Source: an uncultured SAR86 cluster bacterium (GTDB taxonomy: Bacteria > Pseudomonadota > Gammaproteobacteria > Magnimaribacterales > D2472). From it: DNA of 64,000 nt. The notes beneath the pieces were generated by a model. The model made no database searches and was not told the origin of the DNA. It was given only the letters and a program-made list of their open reading frames with translations. Of this stretch, positions 9,871-18,173 are shown piece after piece. The stretch is taken from contig CABXUO010000002.1 in the NCBI GenBank assembly GCA_902515455.1, positions 3,961 to 67,960 of the forward strand, given 5' to 3'. Position numbers and translations under genes: made by a program. The first letter of the stretch is position 1, and the number at the start of each line of letters is the position of its first letter.

Positions 9871-10373
9871 AAAAATATTTATTGGTATGTTTGACCATAA
9901 TGACAATAGCTTTTTTGCTATTAAGATATTTTAGTTTCAATGAAAATGAATACAAAGTTTTTAAAAATGCAGTTTCTCCAACTCCAACAAATCTCATAGG
10001 ATTTGCTTTGGGAGAAGATGGCCCATTCTTAGCAGTAAATCTTCTAAAATTTAAAGAAAAAGCAGAATATGAAGATGGAAGATTGACTACTCTTTCAGGA
10101 CAAGAAGCATATTCTATTTACGCAAATGAAGTGCAAAATCATTTAGCTAAAGTTGGAGCAAAAGTAATTTTAGGTGGGGAAGTCAACAGACTCATCCTCG
10201 GAGAGGTCGAAGAGCTTTGGGACGTAGTTGCTGTTGCATGGTATCCGAGTAGAAAAGCCATGATTGATATGGCAACAAGCAAGGATTACATTGAAAGTGA
10301 GAAACATCGCAAAGCAGGTCTTGCCGGACAATTGAATATTGAGGTGATAGAAAGTGAATTTAATTTTCAATAA
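9867..10373 (+). CDS. DUF1330-like protein with N-terminal hydrophobic anchor/signal (tandem paralog)
   Basis: TTG at 9867 overlaps the upstream TGA (alternative ATG at 9900). N-terminus is KKYLLVCLTIMTIAFLLL. The following domain is 80/108 identical to the preceding gene by hand count. Confidence 0.6.
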   Translation: MKKYLLVCLTIMTIAFLLLRYFSFNENEYKVFKNAVSPTPTNLIGFALGEDGPFLAVNLLKFKEKAEYEDGRLTTLSGQEAYSIYANEVQNHLAKVGAKVILGGEVNRLILGEVEELWDVVAVAWYPSRKAMIDMATSKDYIESEKHRKAGLAGQLNIEVIESEFNFQ

Positions 10374-10419
10374 TTTTTAAAGCTCTCTCTTTCTTAATCA
10401 AAATTACTAGGACATTAGC

Positions 10420-11526
10420 ATGAATCAATTTCAAACTTTAAAATCAGATTTGTCTCAATCACGAATTATTGACATTGATTCTCTATCTATCGCTGATGGT
10501 GAAATACAAGTTAAGGTGGAGAGTTATGCTTTTACAGCAAACAACGTAACCTATGGAGTAGCAGGTGACACCATTGGCTATTGGAATTTTTTCCCTGCAG
10601 GTAATAATCAAAATGATGAATGGGGCTGTATACCCATGTGGGGGTTTGCAAGAATTATTCACTCAGAAAACAAAGATTTAAAAATTGGAGAGCGACTTTT
10701 TGGTTATTTTCCAGCAGCTGATTCATTAATTCTGAATCCGATTAAAGTTTCTGATCAAAGTTTTGTTGATGGTAAGGAGCATCGCAGAGAGCTTCCGCCC
10801 GTTTACAATAATTATGTCAGACTTGCAGGAGAGCTAAATTATGATTCATCCATGGATGCAGAAAGAGCTCTTTTATTTCCACTTCATATTACAGCCTTCT
10901 GTTTATGCGACTCTTTAGCTGATGATTCGTATCATGAAGCGTCTCAAATAATTATTGTAAGTGCCTCAAGCAAAACGGCTATAGGTTTAGCGCAAGGTTT
11001 ATCCGACGTAGAGCATTCACGAAAAATAGTTGGATTAACGTCAAAAGCTAATTCTGAGTTTGTTGAAAATCTAGGTTGTTATGATGAGGTTATTTCTTAT
11101 GAAGGTCTTGATAAAGTAGATTACTCAGCAGGCTCTGTAATGGTTGATATGGCAGGCAATCGTGAAATTTTAGGCACTCTTCATGGTGAGCTTGGAGATA
11201 ATATGCTGAAATGTCTCACTGTCGGCATGACCCATTGGGATAATGAGACCACCGCAGAAGATGCTTTAGGTCAAGCAATGCTCAGAGATAGAACTGAATT
11301 CTTTTTTGCCCCAGCCCATATTCAAAAACGAATTGGAGATTGGGGGCACGATGGTTATGCTAAAAAAACAAATTTATTTATGGCCAAAAGAGCGCAACAA
11401 AGTAAAGATTGGATGGAGGTAAAAGAAATAGTTGGGTTAGAGAATTTTACTTCAATATATCAAGATGTTGTTTCAGGAAAAATTAATCCAAAAGAGGGAA
11501 TTATTGTAAGTCTTAACAATGATTAA
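10420..11526 (+). CDS. DUF2855-like protein (MDR/ADH-like fold, function unknown)
   Basis: 368 aa. VKVESYAFTANNVTYGVAGDTIGYWNFFPA..WGCIPMWGFARIIHS..GERLFGYFP matches my memory of DUF2855 proteins. Confidence 0.55.
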   Translation: MNQFQTLKSDLSQSRIIDIDSLSIADGEIQVKVESYAFTANNVTYGVAGDTIGYWNFFPAGNNQNDEWGCIPMWGFARIIHSENKDLKIGERLFGYFPAADSLILNPIKVSDQSFVDGKEHRRELPPVYNNYVRLAGELNYDSSMDAERALLFPLHITAFCLCDSLADDSYHEASQIIIVSASSKTAIGLAQGLSDVEHSRKIVGLTSKANSEFVENLGCYDEVISYEGLDKVDYSAGSVMVDMAGNREILGTLHGELGDNMLKCLTVGMTHWDNETTAEDALGQAMLRDRTEFFFAPAHIQKRIGDWGHDGYAKKTNLFMAKRAQQSKDWMEVKEIVGLENFTSIYQDVVSGKINPKEGIIVSLNND

Positions 11527-13171
11527 AAAAGCACCTTATTTTTTTTTAATAATTTTAATCGCTGGTTTTTTGCTATGGAAATTTAAGGTCAATATAATTA
11601 TTTGGGCTTTACCAACAGTCGTTAATTTTATAAATCCTGTTCAAGATAACATTCCAACAAATTGGCCAGAGGGACCCTTAGAGAGACTAGATCAAAATGA
11701 TTCAAGGCCAAATATTATTTTGATTTTGGCAGATGATATGGGTTATAACGATATCTCTTTGCATAATGGTGGCGCAGCAGACGGAACCTTAAAAACTCCC
11801 CATATAGATTCGTTAGCCAAAAATGGTGTTTGGTTCAATAAGGGTTATGCGGCAAATGCTACTTGTGCTCCATCTCGAGCTTCTATTATGACTGGCAGAT
11901 ATGCAACAAGATTTGGATTTGAGTTCACGCCAGTACCTGATTTAGGTCAATTAGTTGTTCGCTGGCTGGCAGAAGAGGATGATGACGATCTAAGAGCAAG
12001 AATAGATAATGAAATAGCAAGAAATTTGCCCTCATTTATGGATCAGGGCATGCCCTCAGATCAGATAACTATTGCAGAAATATTAAAATCGCAAGGCTAC
12101 TATACAGCTCATATTGGAAAGTGGCATCTAGGACATTCATCTGGAATGTCGCCTCTTGATCAGGGTTTTGATGATTCATTGTCATTAGCAGGTGCTTATT
12201 ATCTTCCAGAGGACCATCCAGATGTTGTGAATGCAAAATTTGAAACAAGTATAGATAAGATGGTTTGGTCTGGAAGTCAGTATGCAGCGCGATTTAATGG
12301 CGGTGATTATTTTGCTCCAGATAAATATGTTACAGATTACTATACTGATGAGGCAATTAAAGTTATTGAAAAAAATAAAAATAGACCTTTTTTTCTATAT
12401 TTGAGTCATTGGGCAATTCACAATCCTCTCCAAGCTATCAGAAGTGATGTAGAGCAAATGAGTTATATGTCAGGTCACAATTTAAAAGTTTATTCTGGAA
12501 TGATAAGGGCGCTTGATAGAAGTGTAGGGCAGATAATTCGGACATTAAAAGAATTAAATATTTATGGAAGGACTTTAATTTTTTTCACCAGTGATAATGG
12601 AGGGGCTAATTACATTGAGTTAGAAGATATCAATAAACCATTTCGTGGTTGGAAAATTAGTTTCTTTGAGGGTGGAATTAGAGTTCCATTTATTTTGAGT
12701 TGGCCAGATCAAATTGATCCTGGATTAAAATTTGATAAACCAGTTCATCATTTTGATATCTTCTCAACTATTGCTTCTGCTGCTAATGTACCCATACCAA
12801 TGGACAGAAAAATAGATGGAGTGGATTTAATGCCCTATATAAAAGGAGAGAAAATTACTGATCCTCATCAAACTCTTTTTTGGCGATCAGGAAATCATCA
12901 AGCAGTTTTGCATGAGAATTGGAAATATTTAGTAAGCAAAAAAGAAGGCACGAAATGGTTATTCAATACCGAGCTAGATCCATTAGAAAAAAATAATTTA
13001 ATTAACATCAATCCAAAAAAAACCTCGCAAATCGAGAACCTTTTAGTAACATTTAATTCCGAACAAGCAAACCCTTTATATCCTTCAAGTACCGAGTTAC
13101 CAGTTTTAATAGATAAGTATGATGGGCAAGTCATAGAAGATGCAGATGAATATATCTATTGGTCAAATTAA
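11519..13171 (+). CDS. Cys-type (formylglycine) sulfatase, membrane-anchored or secreted
   Basis: 550 aa. N-terminal hydrophobic segment YFFLIILIAGFLLW, DDMGYND, sulfatase signature CAPSRASIMTGRY, and GKWHLG. 8-nt overlap with the upstream gene. Confidence 0.85.
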   Translation: MIKKAPYFFLIILIAGFLLWKFKVNIIIWALPTVVNFINPVQDNIPTNWPEGPLERLDQNDSRPNIILILADDMGYNDISLHNGGAADGTLKTPHIDSLAKNGVWFNKGYAANATCAPSRASIMTGRYATRFGFEFTPVPDLGQLVVRWLAEEDDDDLRARIDNEIARNLPSFMDQGMPSDQITIAEILKSQGYYTAHIGKWHLGHSSGMSPLDQGFDDSLSLAGAYYLPEDHPDVVNAKFETSIDKMVWSGSQYAARFNGGDYFAPDKYVTDYYTDEAIKVIEKNKNRPFFLYLSHWAIHNPLQAIRSDVEQMSYMSGHNLKVYSGMIRALDRSVGQIIRTLKELNIYGRTLIFFTSDNGGANYIELEDINKPFRGWKISFFEGGIRVPFILSWPDQIDPGLKFDKPVHHFDIFSTIASAANVPIPMDRKIDGVDLMPYIKGEKITDPHQTLFWRSGNHQAVLHENWKYLVSKKEGTKWLFNTELDPLEKNNLININPKKTSQIENLLVTFNSEQANPLYPSSTELPVLIDKYDGQVIEDADEYIYWSN

Positions 13172-13561
13172 ATGGAGAATAAAATGAAAAATGTATTAAG
13201 AGTCATAGCAGGTGTTGCCGGAACTTTATTTTTTTTAAACGGATTGCAATGGATTATAAATCCTGCAAGTATAGCTGACTCATTGGGTATGCCCTTATTA
13301 GAGGGAGTGGGGCTTAGTACTCAAATAGGGGATCTTGGAAGTTTCTTTATCACTGTAGGTGCCATGACATTAATTGGAGCGATTACAACAACACGTCATT
13401 GGTTTTATGCACCATCTATGCTTTTGTTAGTTGCAGCTTTATATAGAACCCTTTCAACTATTTTATATGGTGCTCCATTTGTAATGTCTGCGATTGTTGT
13501 TGAAATTAGCGTAGGCCTCTTTTTAATATTTGCTGGATCAAGGATCGCGACCAAGGATTAA
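13172..13561 (+). CDS. Small integral membrane protein (hypothetical)
   Basis: 129 aa with about four hydrophobic segments. It starts immediately after the sulfatase stop. I recognise no motif. Confidence 0.5.
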   Translation: MENKMKNVLRVIAGVAGTLFFLNGLQWIINPASIADSLGMPLLEGVGLSTQIGDLGSFFITVGAMTLIGAITTTRHWFYAPSMLLLVAALYRTLSTILYGAPFVMSAIVVEISVGLFLIFAGSRIATKD

Positions 13562-13562
13562 A

Positions 13563-14618
13563 ATGATGAAACTGCTTAAATATATCTTAATTGTTGCTGT
13601 AATTGGCATTATCTTAGTGTCGGTTTTGACAAGGGTTCCAGATGTTCAAGATCGGCTTATGTTTAGATTTGTTCAAACTCTTGGCGGCACCAATGCTGAT
13701 CTAAATGACAATTCATTATCAGCTGTTGTATGTGGATCTAGATCTCCACTTCCATCTCCAGGAAGGGCACAAACGTGTGTCTTAGTAAATGCAGGCGGTA
13801 ATTATTACGTTGTAGATATTGGAGACGGTAGCGCAGTAAATCTTAATAATTGGAGAATAGACGCGAACAAGATTCGAGCAACTTTGTTAACTCATCTTCA
13901 CTCAGATCATATTTCAGACCTTGCAGATTTGCATTTAATGACTTGGATTAATACCTCGCATTCAAAGCCTATGGATGTTTATGGTCCTGCAGGAGTTGAG
14001 TTAGTAACTCAAGGTTTTGAGGACGCGTATCAGTTGGACTATCAATATAGACATGAGCATCATGGTGATGAAATAGCGCCAAAAGATATTGCTGGGTTTA
14101 ATCCTTTTCCGATAGATTTATCTAACCCAGTAATTATTGATGAAGATGGCTTGAAGGTGACAGCCTTCAAGGTAACTCATGATCCGATTGTTCCCGCTTT
14201 AGGATTTCGTTTTGACTATAAAGGGAGATCAATTGTTATTAGTGGAGATACTATTTACGACGAGAATTTAATCAAACATGCAAAAGATGCTGATGTTTTA
14301 TTTCATGAAGCACAAGCAAACCATCAATTGGATATTATGAGAAAAGCTTTAGCAAATAATGAGGGGCTAGTCACAATTCTAAATGACATTGAGACTTATC
14401 ATACAACACCTGTAGAAGCCGCTAAGGTAGCAAATTTGGCAAATGTAGATCATTTATTTTTTTATCATTTAACTCCAGCACCAAGAAATAATTTAACAGA
14501 AAGAATGTTTTTTCGAGGAGTTAATGACATTAGGAAAGAATGGAGCTCTACAAAAGATGGCACTATGGTTGTTTTACCATTAGACTCAGATGAAATAATA
14601 GTTACTGAGATAAATTAA
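13563..14618 (+). CDS. MBL-fold metallo-hydrolase (RNase Z/ElaC-like) with N-terminal membrane anchor
   Basis: HxHxDH motif in LLTHLHSDHISD. N-terminal helix LLKYILIVAVIGIILVSVL. ATG at 13563 lies 1 nt after the upstream stop with AAGGA upstream, so the track's start at 13530 is rejected. Confidence 0.75.
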   Translation: MMKLLKYILIVAVIGIILVSVLTRVPDVQDRLMFRFVQTLGGTNADLNDNSLSAVVCGSRSPLPSPGRAQTCVLVNAGGNYYVVDIGDGSAVNLNNWRIDANKIRATLLTHLHSDHISDLADLHLMTWINTSHSKPMDVYGPAGVELVTQGFEDAYQLDYQYRHEHHGDEIAPKDIAGFNPFPIDLSNPVIIDEDGLKVTAFKVTHDPIVPALGFRFDYKGRSIVISGDTIYDENLIKHAKDADVLFHEAQANHQLDIMRKALANNEGLVTILNDIETYHTTPVEAAKVANLANVDHLFFYHLTPAPRNNLTERMFFRGVNDIRKEWSSTKDGTMVVLPLDSDEIIVTEIN

Positions 14619-15406
14619 TGGATGTAAAAAATAAAAGAGTTGTTGTCACTGGTGCAGCTAGTGGTATTGGTAAGGCTCTATGTGAAGCTTTTTATCAAGC
14701 AGGAGCTCAATCACTTATTGCTGTAGATATGAATCTAGATGGTGCGCAAGAAACAGCTGATTCAGTTAATGGTATTGCCATTCAGGCGAATGTTGGAAAT
14801 GAAAAAGACATTATCAATGTGATCAAAAAAGCAGATGAGCACGTTGATGGCACAGACATTTTTTGTTCTAACGCAGGGATTGGTGGCGTGCCAGGATTTT
14901 TTGAAGTTGAAGCATCAGATTGGCAGAATATCTGGGATGTGAATGTTCAATCTCATATCTTCGCAGCCAAACATGTTTTACCTCAAATGATTGAAAGAGG
15001 GGAAGGCTATCTAGTTAATACATCATCAGCAGCCGGGCTTTTGACTCAGTTAGGAGCAGCAGGTTATTCAGTTACCAAAGCAGCTGCAGTAAGTTTCGCA
15101 GAATGGCTCAAGATTACTTATGGAGAAAAGGGGATTGGTGTTTCTTGTCTTTGTCCTCAAGCAGTAAGAACAGCAATGACTGCTCAAGGTCCCGGTGTTG
15201 CTGGTGTAGATGGAATGATGGAGCCAGATGTGGTTGCAAAAGAAGTTTTAAAGTGCATTGAAGAGGAAAAATTTTTAGTATTACCTCATATAGAAGTAGC
15301 TGAGTATGTTTCTAGAAAGGGTAATGACAGGGATAGATGGATTTCCGGAATGCAGAGACTGCAAAAGCAATATGAAGATTTTTTAACCCCAGTTGATATG
15401 AAGTAA
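14618..15406 (+). CDS. Short-chain dehydrogenase/reductase (SDR)
   Basis: Motifs TGAASGIGKA, NAGIG and YSVTK (YxxxK). 1-nt stop/start overlap with the MBL gene. Confidence 0.85.
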   Translation: MDVKNKRVVVTGAASGIGKALCEAFYQAGAQSLIAVDMNLDGAQETADSVNGIAIQANVGNEKDIINVIKKADEHVDGTDIFCSNAGIGGVPGFFEVEASDWQNIWDVNVQSHIFAAKHVLPQMIERGEGYLVNTSSAAGLLTQLGAAGYSVTKAAAVSFAEWLKITYGEKGIGVSCLCPQAVRTAMTAQGPGVAGVDGMMEPDVVAKEVLKCIEEEKFLVLPHIEVAEYVSRKGNDRDRWISGMQRLQKQYEDFLTPVDMK

Positions 15407-15419
15407 ACAAGGAGAAAAC

Positions 15420-16388
15420 ATGAAAACAAAAATTACAGAATTATTTGGTATAGAGCATCCTATTATTCAGGGTGGAATGCATCATGTAGGGTTTGCTGAA
15501 CTAGCTGCAGCAGTATCAAATGCAGGTGGCCTTGGAACTATAACTGGTCTGACACAAGGAACTCCTGAAAAGCTTGCAAATGAGATTGCTCGTTGCAAGG
15601 AGATGACTGACAAACCTTTTGCTGTAAATCTTACATTTTTGCCTTCATTAACTCCTCCAGATTATCCTGGATTGGTCGATGTAATTATTGGTGGAGATGT
15701 TCCAATCGTTGAAACAGCTGGAAGAAATCCTGCTGAATATTTGCCTGCTTTAAAGGAGGCTGGAATTAAAATTATTCACAAGTGCACATCGGTCAGGCAT
15801 TCATTAAAAGCGCAATCAATTGGATGCGATGCCGTCTCAGTTGATGGTTTTGAGTGTGGAGGCCATCCAGGTGAAGATGATATTCCTAATTTTATTCTTT
15901 TGCCAAGAGCAGCTGATGAACTAGAAATTCCATTTGTTGCCTCAGGTGGTATGGCTGACGCAAGAAGTTTAGTTGCTGCAATGGCTCTTGGAGCAGAGGG
16001 TATGAATATGGGTACTAGATTTATCGCAACTCAAGAAGCGCCAGTTCATCAAAATGTTAAAGATTCAATTGTTAATGCTTCTGAATTAGATACTAGATTA
16101 ATTATGCGCTCCCTAAGAAACACTGAAAGGGTTCTTAACAATGAAGCAGTTGAGCGTCTTATGGAAAAGGAGAGTGCTTTAGGGGATCAACTTACCTTCC
16201 AAGATATCGCTGACGAGGTTGCCGGAGTTTATCCAAAGATTATGCATGAGGGAACTATGGAGGCTGGTGCTTGGTCATGTGGGATGGTTGCGGGGCTGGT
16301 AAATGATATACCAACTGTTAAAGAGCTTATCGACGGAATTATGAATGAAGCTGATAGTATTATTGAAAAGAGATTAAGTAATTTTTAA
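15420..16388 (+). CDS. Nitronate monooxygenase / FabK-like FMN oxidoreductase (NMO family), copy 2
   Basis: 322 aa. Motifs HPIIQGGM, AAVSNAGGLG, GFECGGHPG and ASGGMADA. Clearly paralogous to 6176-7099. Confidence 0.85.
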   Translation: MKTKITELFGIEHPIIQGGMHHVGFAELAAAVSNAGGLGTITGLTQGTPEKLANEIARCKEMTDKPFAVNLTFLPSLTPPDYPGLVDVIIGGDVPIVETAGRNPAEYLPALKEAGIKIIHKCTSVRHSLKAQSIGCDAVSVDGFECGGHPGEDDIPNFILLPRAADELEIPFVASGGMADARSLVAAMALGAEGMNMGTRFIATQEAPVHQNVKDSIVNASELDTRLIMRSLRNTERVLNNEAVERLMEKESALGDQLTFQDIADEVAGVYPKIMHEGTMEAGAWSCGMVAGLVNDIPTVKELIDGIMNEADSIIEKRLSNF

Positions 16389-16404
16389 TTCTTAAATTCT
16401 GATC

Positions 16405-17358
16405 TTATATTAATATTCCACTTACTCTATCGATCAACCAGAAAAAGCCCATGCCACCTAAAATTAATGAGGTAAAAGTGGCTGATTGTTTGTAAAAGTT
16501 AAATTTTTGCGAAAGCCATATAACTGATCCAAATATAGGGACTAACAAAAGCTGACCTGCTTCAATACCCAGGTTAAAGAATAGTAAAGAGAGTAGCAGC
16601 TGCTCATTACCGATACCAATACCCGTCAAAGCATTAGCGAACCCCAGTCCATGCAATAATCCAAAGCCAAAAGCAACAATCCAAGGCGTAGATTGATATT
16701 TTTTACTTTCACTGACCTCTAAACCCAGGTAAATAATAGTAAGTGCAATTATTGCCTCTACAGTTGCTTGTGGAAGTGAGACTAGCTCGAATACTGATAG
16801 ACCTAAAGTAATGCTGTGTGCGAGGGTAAATGCAGTAATTGTTTTTACAGCATTGAAAAAACCTGAAATTAAAAAAAGCAGTCCTAAGATGAAAAGAATA
16901 TGGTCATTTCCACTCATCAGATGATCAATGCCTAGGGTGAAGTATCCAATAGGATAAACCTGCTCTTGAAAGGGAATCTCTATCGATGATCTCTTAAGGT
17001 TCATAAGGCCTTCAAACACCTCTCCGTTGGAATGGGTAATTGTTATCAAGGCATCTGTGAGCAAGCTTAAATTGTTTACTGAAATTATTTGACCTTTTAA
17101 AGAGCTCTCACAAATTAAGGATATTCTTTCAACTAAATATTTCCCCTTTTGACTGGGAAGTTGACTATTTCTCTCACAATTATCAGGGAAAAAAACTTCT
17201 GCTCTTGCACCAATGTTTTTTATTGGATACATCCAGCTAACTTGATATTCATTATTAGCAAGCTCATCTACAACCAAGTGGGCCGGATTAAACTCATGAG
17301 AGAATAATGCAGTTGAATAAAAAAGAATGACTAATGATTTAGCAAGTTTGTAAATCAT
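16405..17358 (-). CDS. HupE/UreJ-family metal permease with extended N-terminal extracytoplasmic domain
   Basis: 317 aa. Signal-like N-terminus, then an approximately 140-aa soluble region, then GIDHLMSGNDHILFILGLLFL plus several hydrophobic helices typical of HupE/UreJ. TAATG stop/start overlap with the upstream PPIase-like gene. Confidence 0.6.
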   Translation of the reverse strand: MIYKLAKSLVILFYSTALFSHEFNPAHLVVDELANNEYQVSWMYPIKNIGARAEVFFPDNCERNSQLPSQKGKYLVERISLICESSLKGQIISVNNLSLLTDALITITHSNGEVFEGLMNLKRSSIEIPFQEQVYPIGYFTLGIDHLMSGNDHILFILGLLFLISGFFNAVKTITAFTLAHSITLGLSVFELVSLPQATVEAIIALTIIYLGLEVSESKKYQSTPWIVAFGFGLLHGLGFANALTGIGIGNEQLLLSLLFFNLGIEAGQLLLVPIFGSVIWLSQKFNFYKQSATFTSLILGGMGFFWLIDRVSGILI

Positions 17359-18158
17359 TAGAACTTATAATTTGGATTGATAATAACCCTATATTGAGAT
17401 TTTATTTCATTAATATATTGAGCAATAGCTTTATCTTGAGCCTCTGAAAGATAGTCTTGCTGTACCTTTATTAGAACTTTTTCTAGAGGGGGAGAAAATC
17501 CACTTTTAACTTCTTTCAACAATACTATGTGATATCCAAAAGCAGATTCATGAGGCCCAGACCACTCATTTACAGGAAGATTTTTAATCGTAGAGAAAAA
17601 TAATTCTCCAAAATTTTTTTTAATTTCATTTGCGCTATTTTGATAAAAGTTTTTTCCTAAAAAATATGGATCTCCCTTTAATTCCACTCCATTGGTTTGA
17701 TAATTGTTGAAAGCTTTAGTCGCTCTTTCTTTTGCGCTAGATTCTTTTGAAAAATAATGATGAGAAAACGAATATGTTGCAGGAACATAGTAGCTGCTTT
17801 TATTTTGATCAAAAAATTTTTCTAATTCTTCTTGAGAGGGGTCATCTGGTACAGTTTCTTGTTTTAAGAAAGTAATTTTTTGAGCTAATCTTCTTTTAAT
17901 GATTCTATCTTCCTCATCTAAATTTAAGAGCAGAGCTTCCCTATATAAAATCTCCTCTTGAACAAAGTTATTGATAATGTTGACGATCTCTTCATCATTT
18001 GGAGGCCTGCCAACTTGGGACTTCCAAGCCGACAGCAGACTGGTTAACTCTTGATCTGAAATATAAATATCTTTTGAGTCTTGTTCAGAATTAAATCCAA
18101 TATCAAGAACAAAGATTAATAAACCAATTAAAAAAAATACAATTATCCTAAGGCTCAC
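17358..18158 (-). CDS. Membrane-anchored parvulin (PpiC)-type peptidyl-prolyl isomerase-like protein
   Basis: 266 aa. N-terminal helix IIVFFLIGLLIFVL and C-terminal parvulin-like SGPHESAFGYHIVLLKEV. It starts 15 nt downstream of the DUF3604 gene. Confidence 0.6.
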   Translation of the reverse strand: MSLRIIVFFLIGLLIFVLDIGFNSEQDSKDIYISDQELTSLLSAWKSQVGRPPNDEEIVNIINNFVQEEILYREALLLNLDEEDRIIKRRLAQKITFLKQETVPDDPSQEELEKFFDQNKSSYYVPATYSFSHHYFSKESSAKERATKAFNNYQTNGVELKGDPYFLGKNFYQNSANEIKKNFGELFFSTIKNLPVNEWSGPHESAFGYHIVLLKEVKSGFSPPLEKVLIKVQQDYLSEAQDKAIAQYINEIKSQYRVIINPNYKF

Positions 18159-18173
18159 TACAAATCCTAAACT

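Noticed and set aside
16405-17358. HupE/UreJ gene as an indicator of a hydrogenase or urease cluster.
   Set aside because: No hydrogenase (hup/hyp) or urease (ure) structural or accessory genes occur anywhere in the window. The permease is instead coupled to the PPIase-like and DUF3604 genes.
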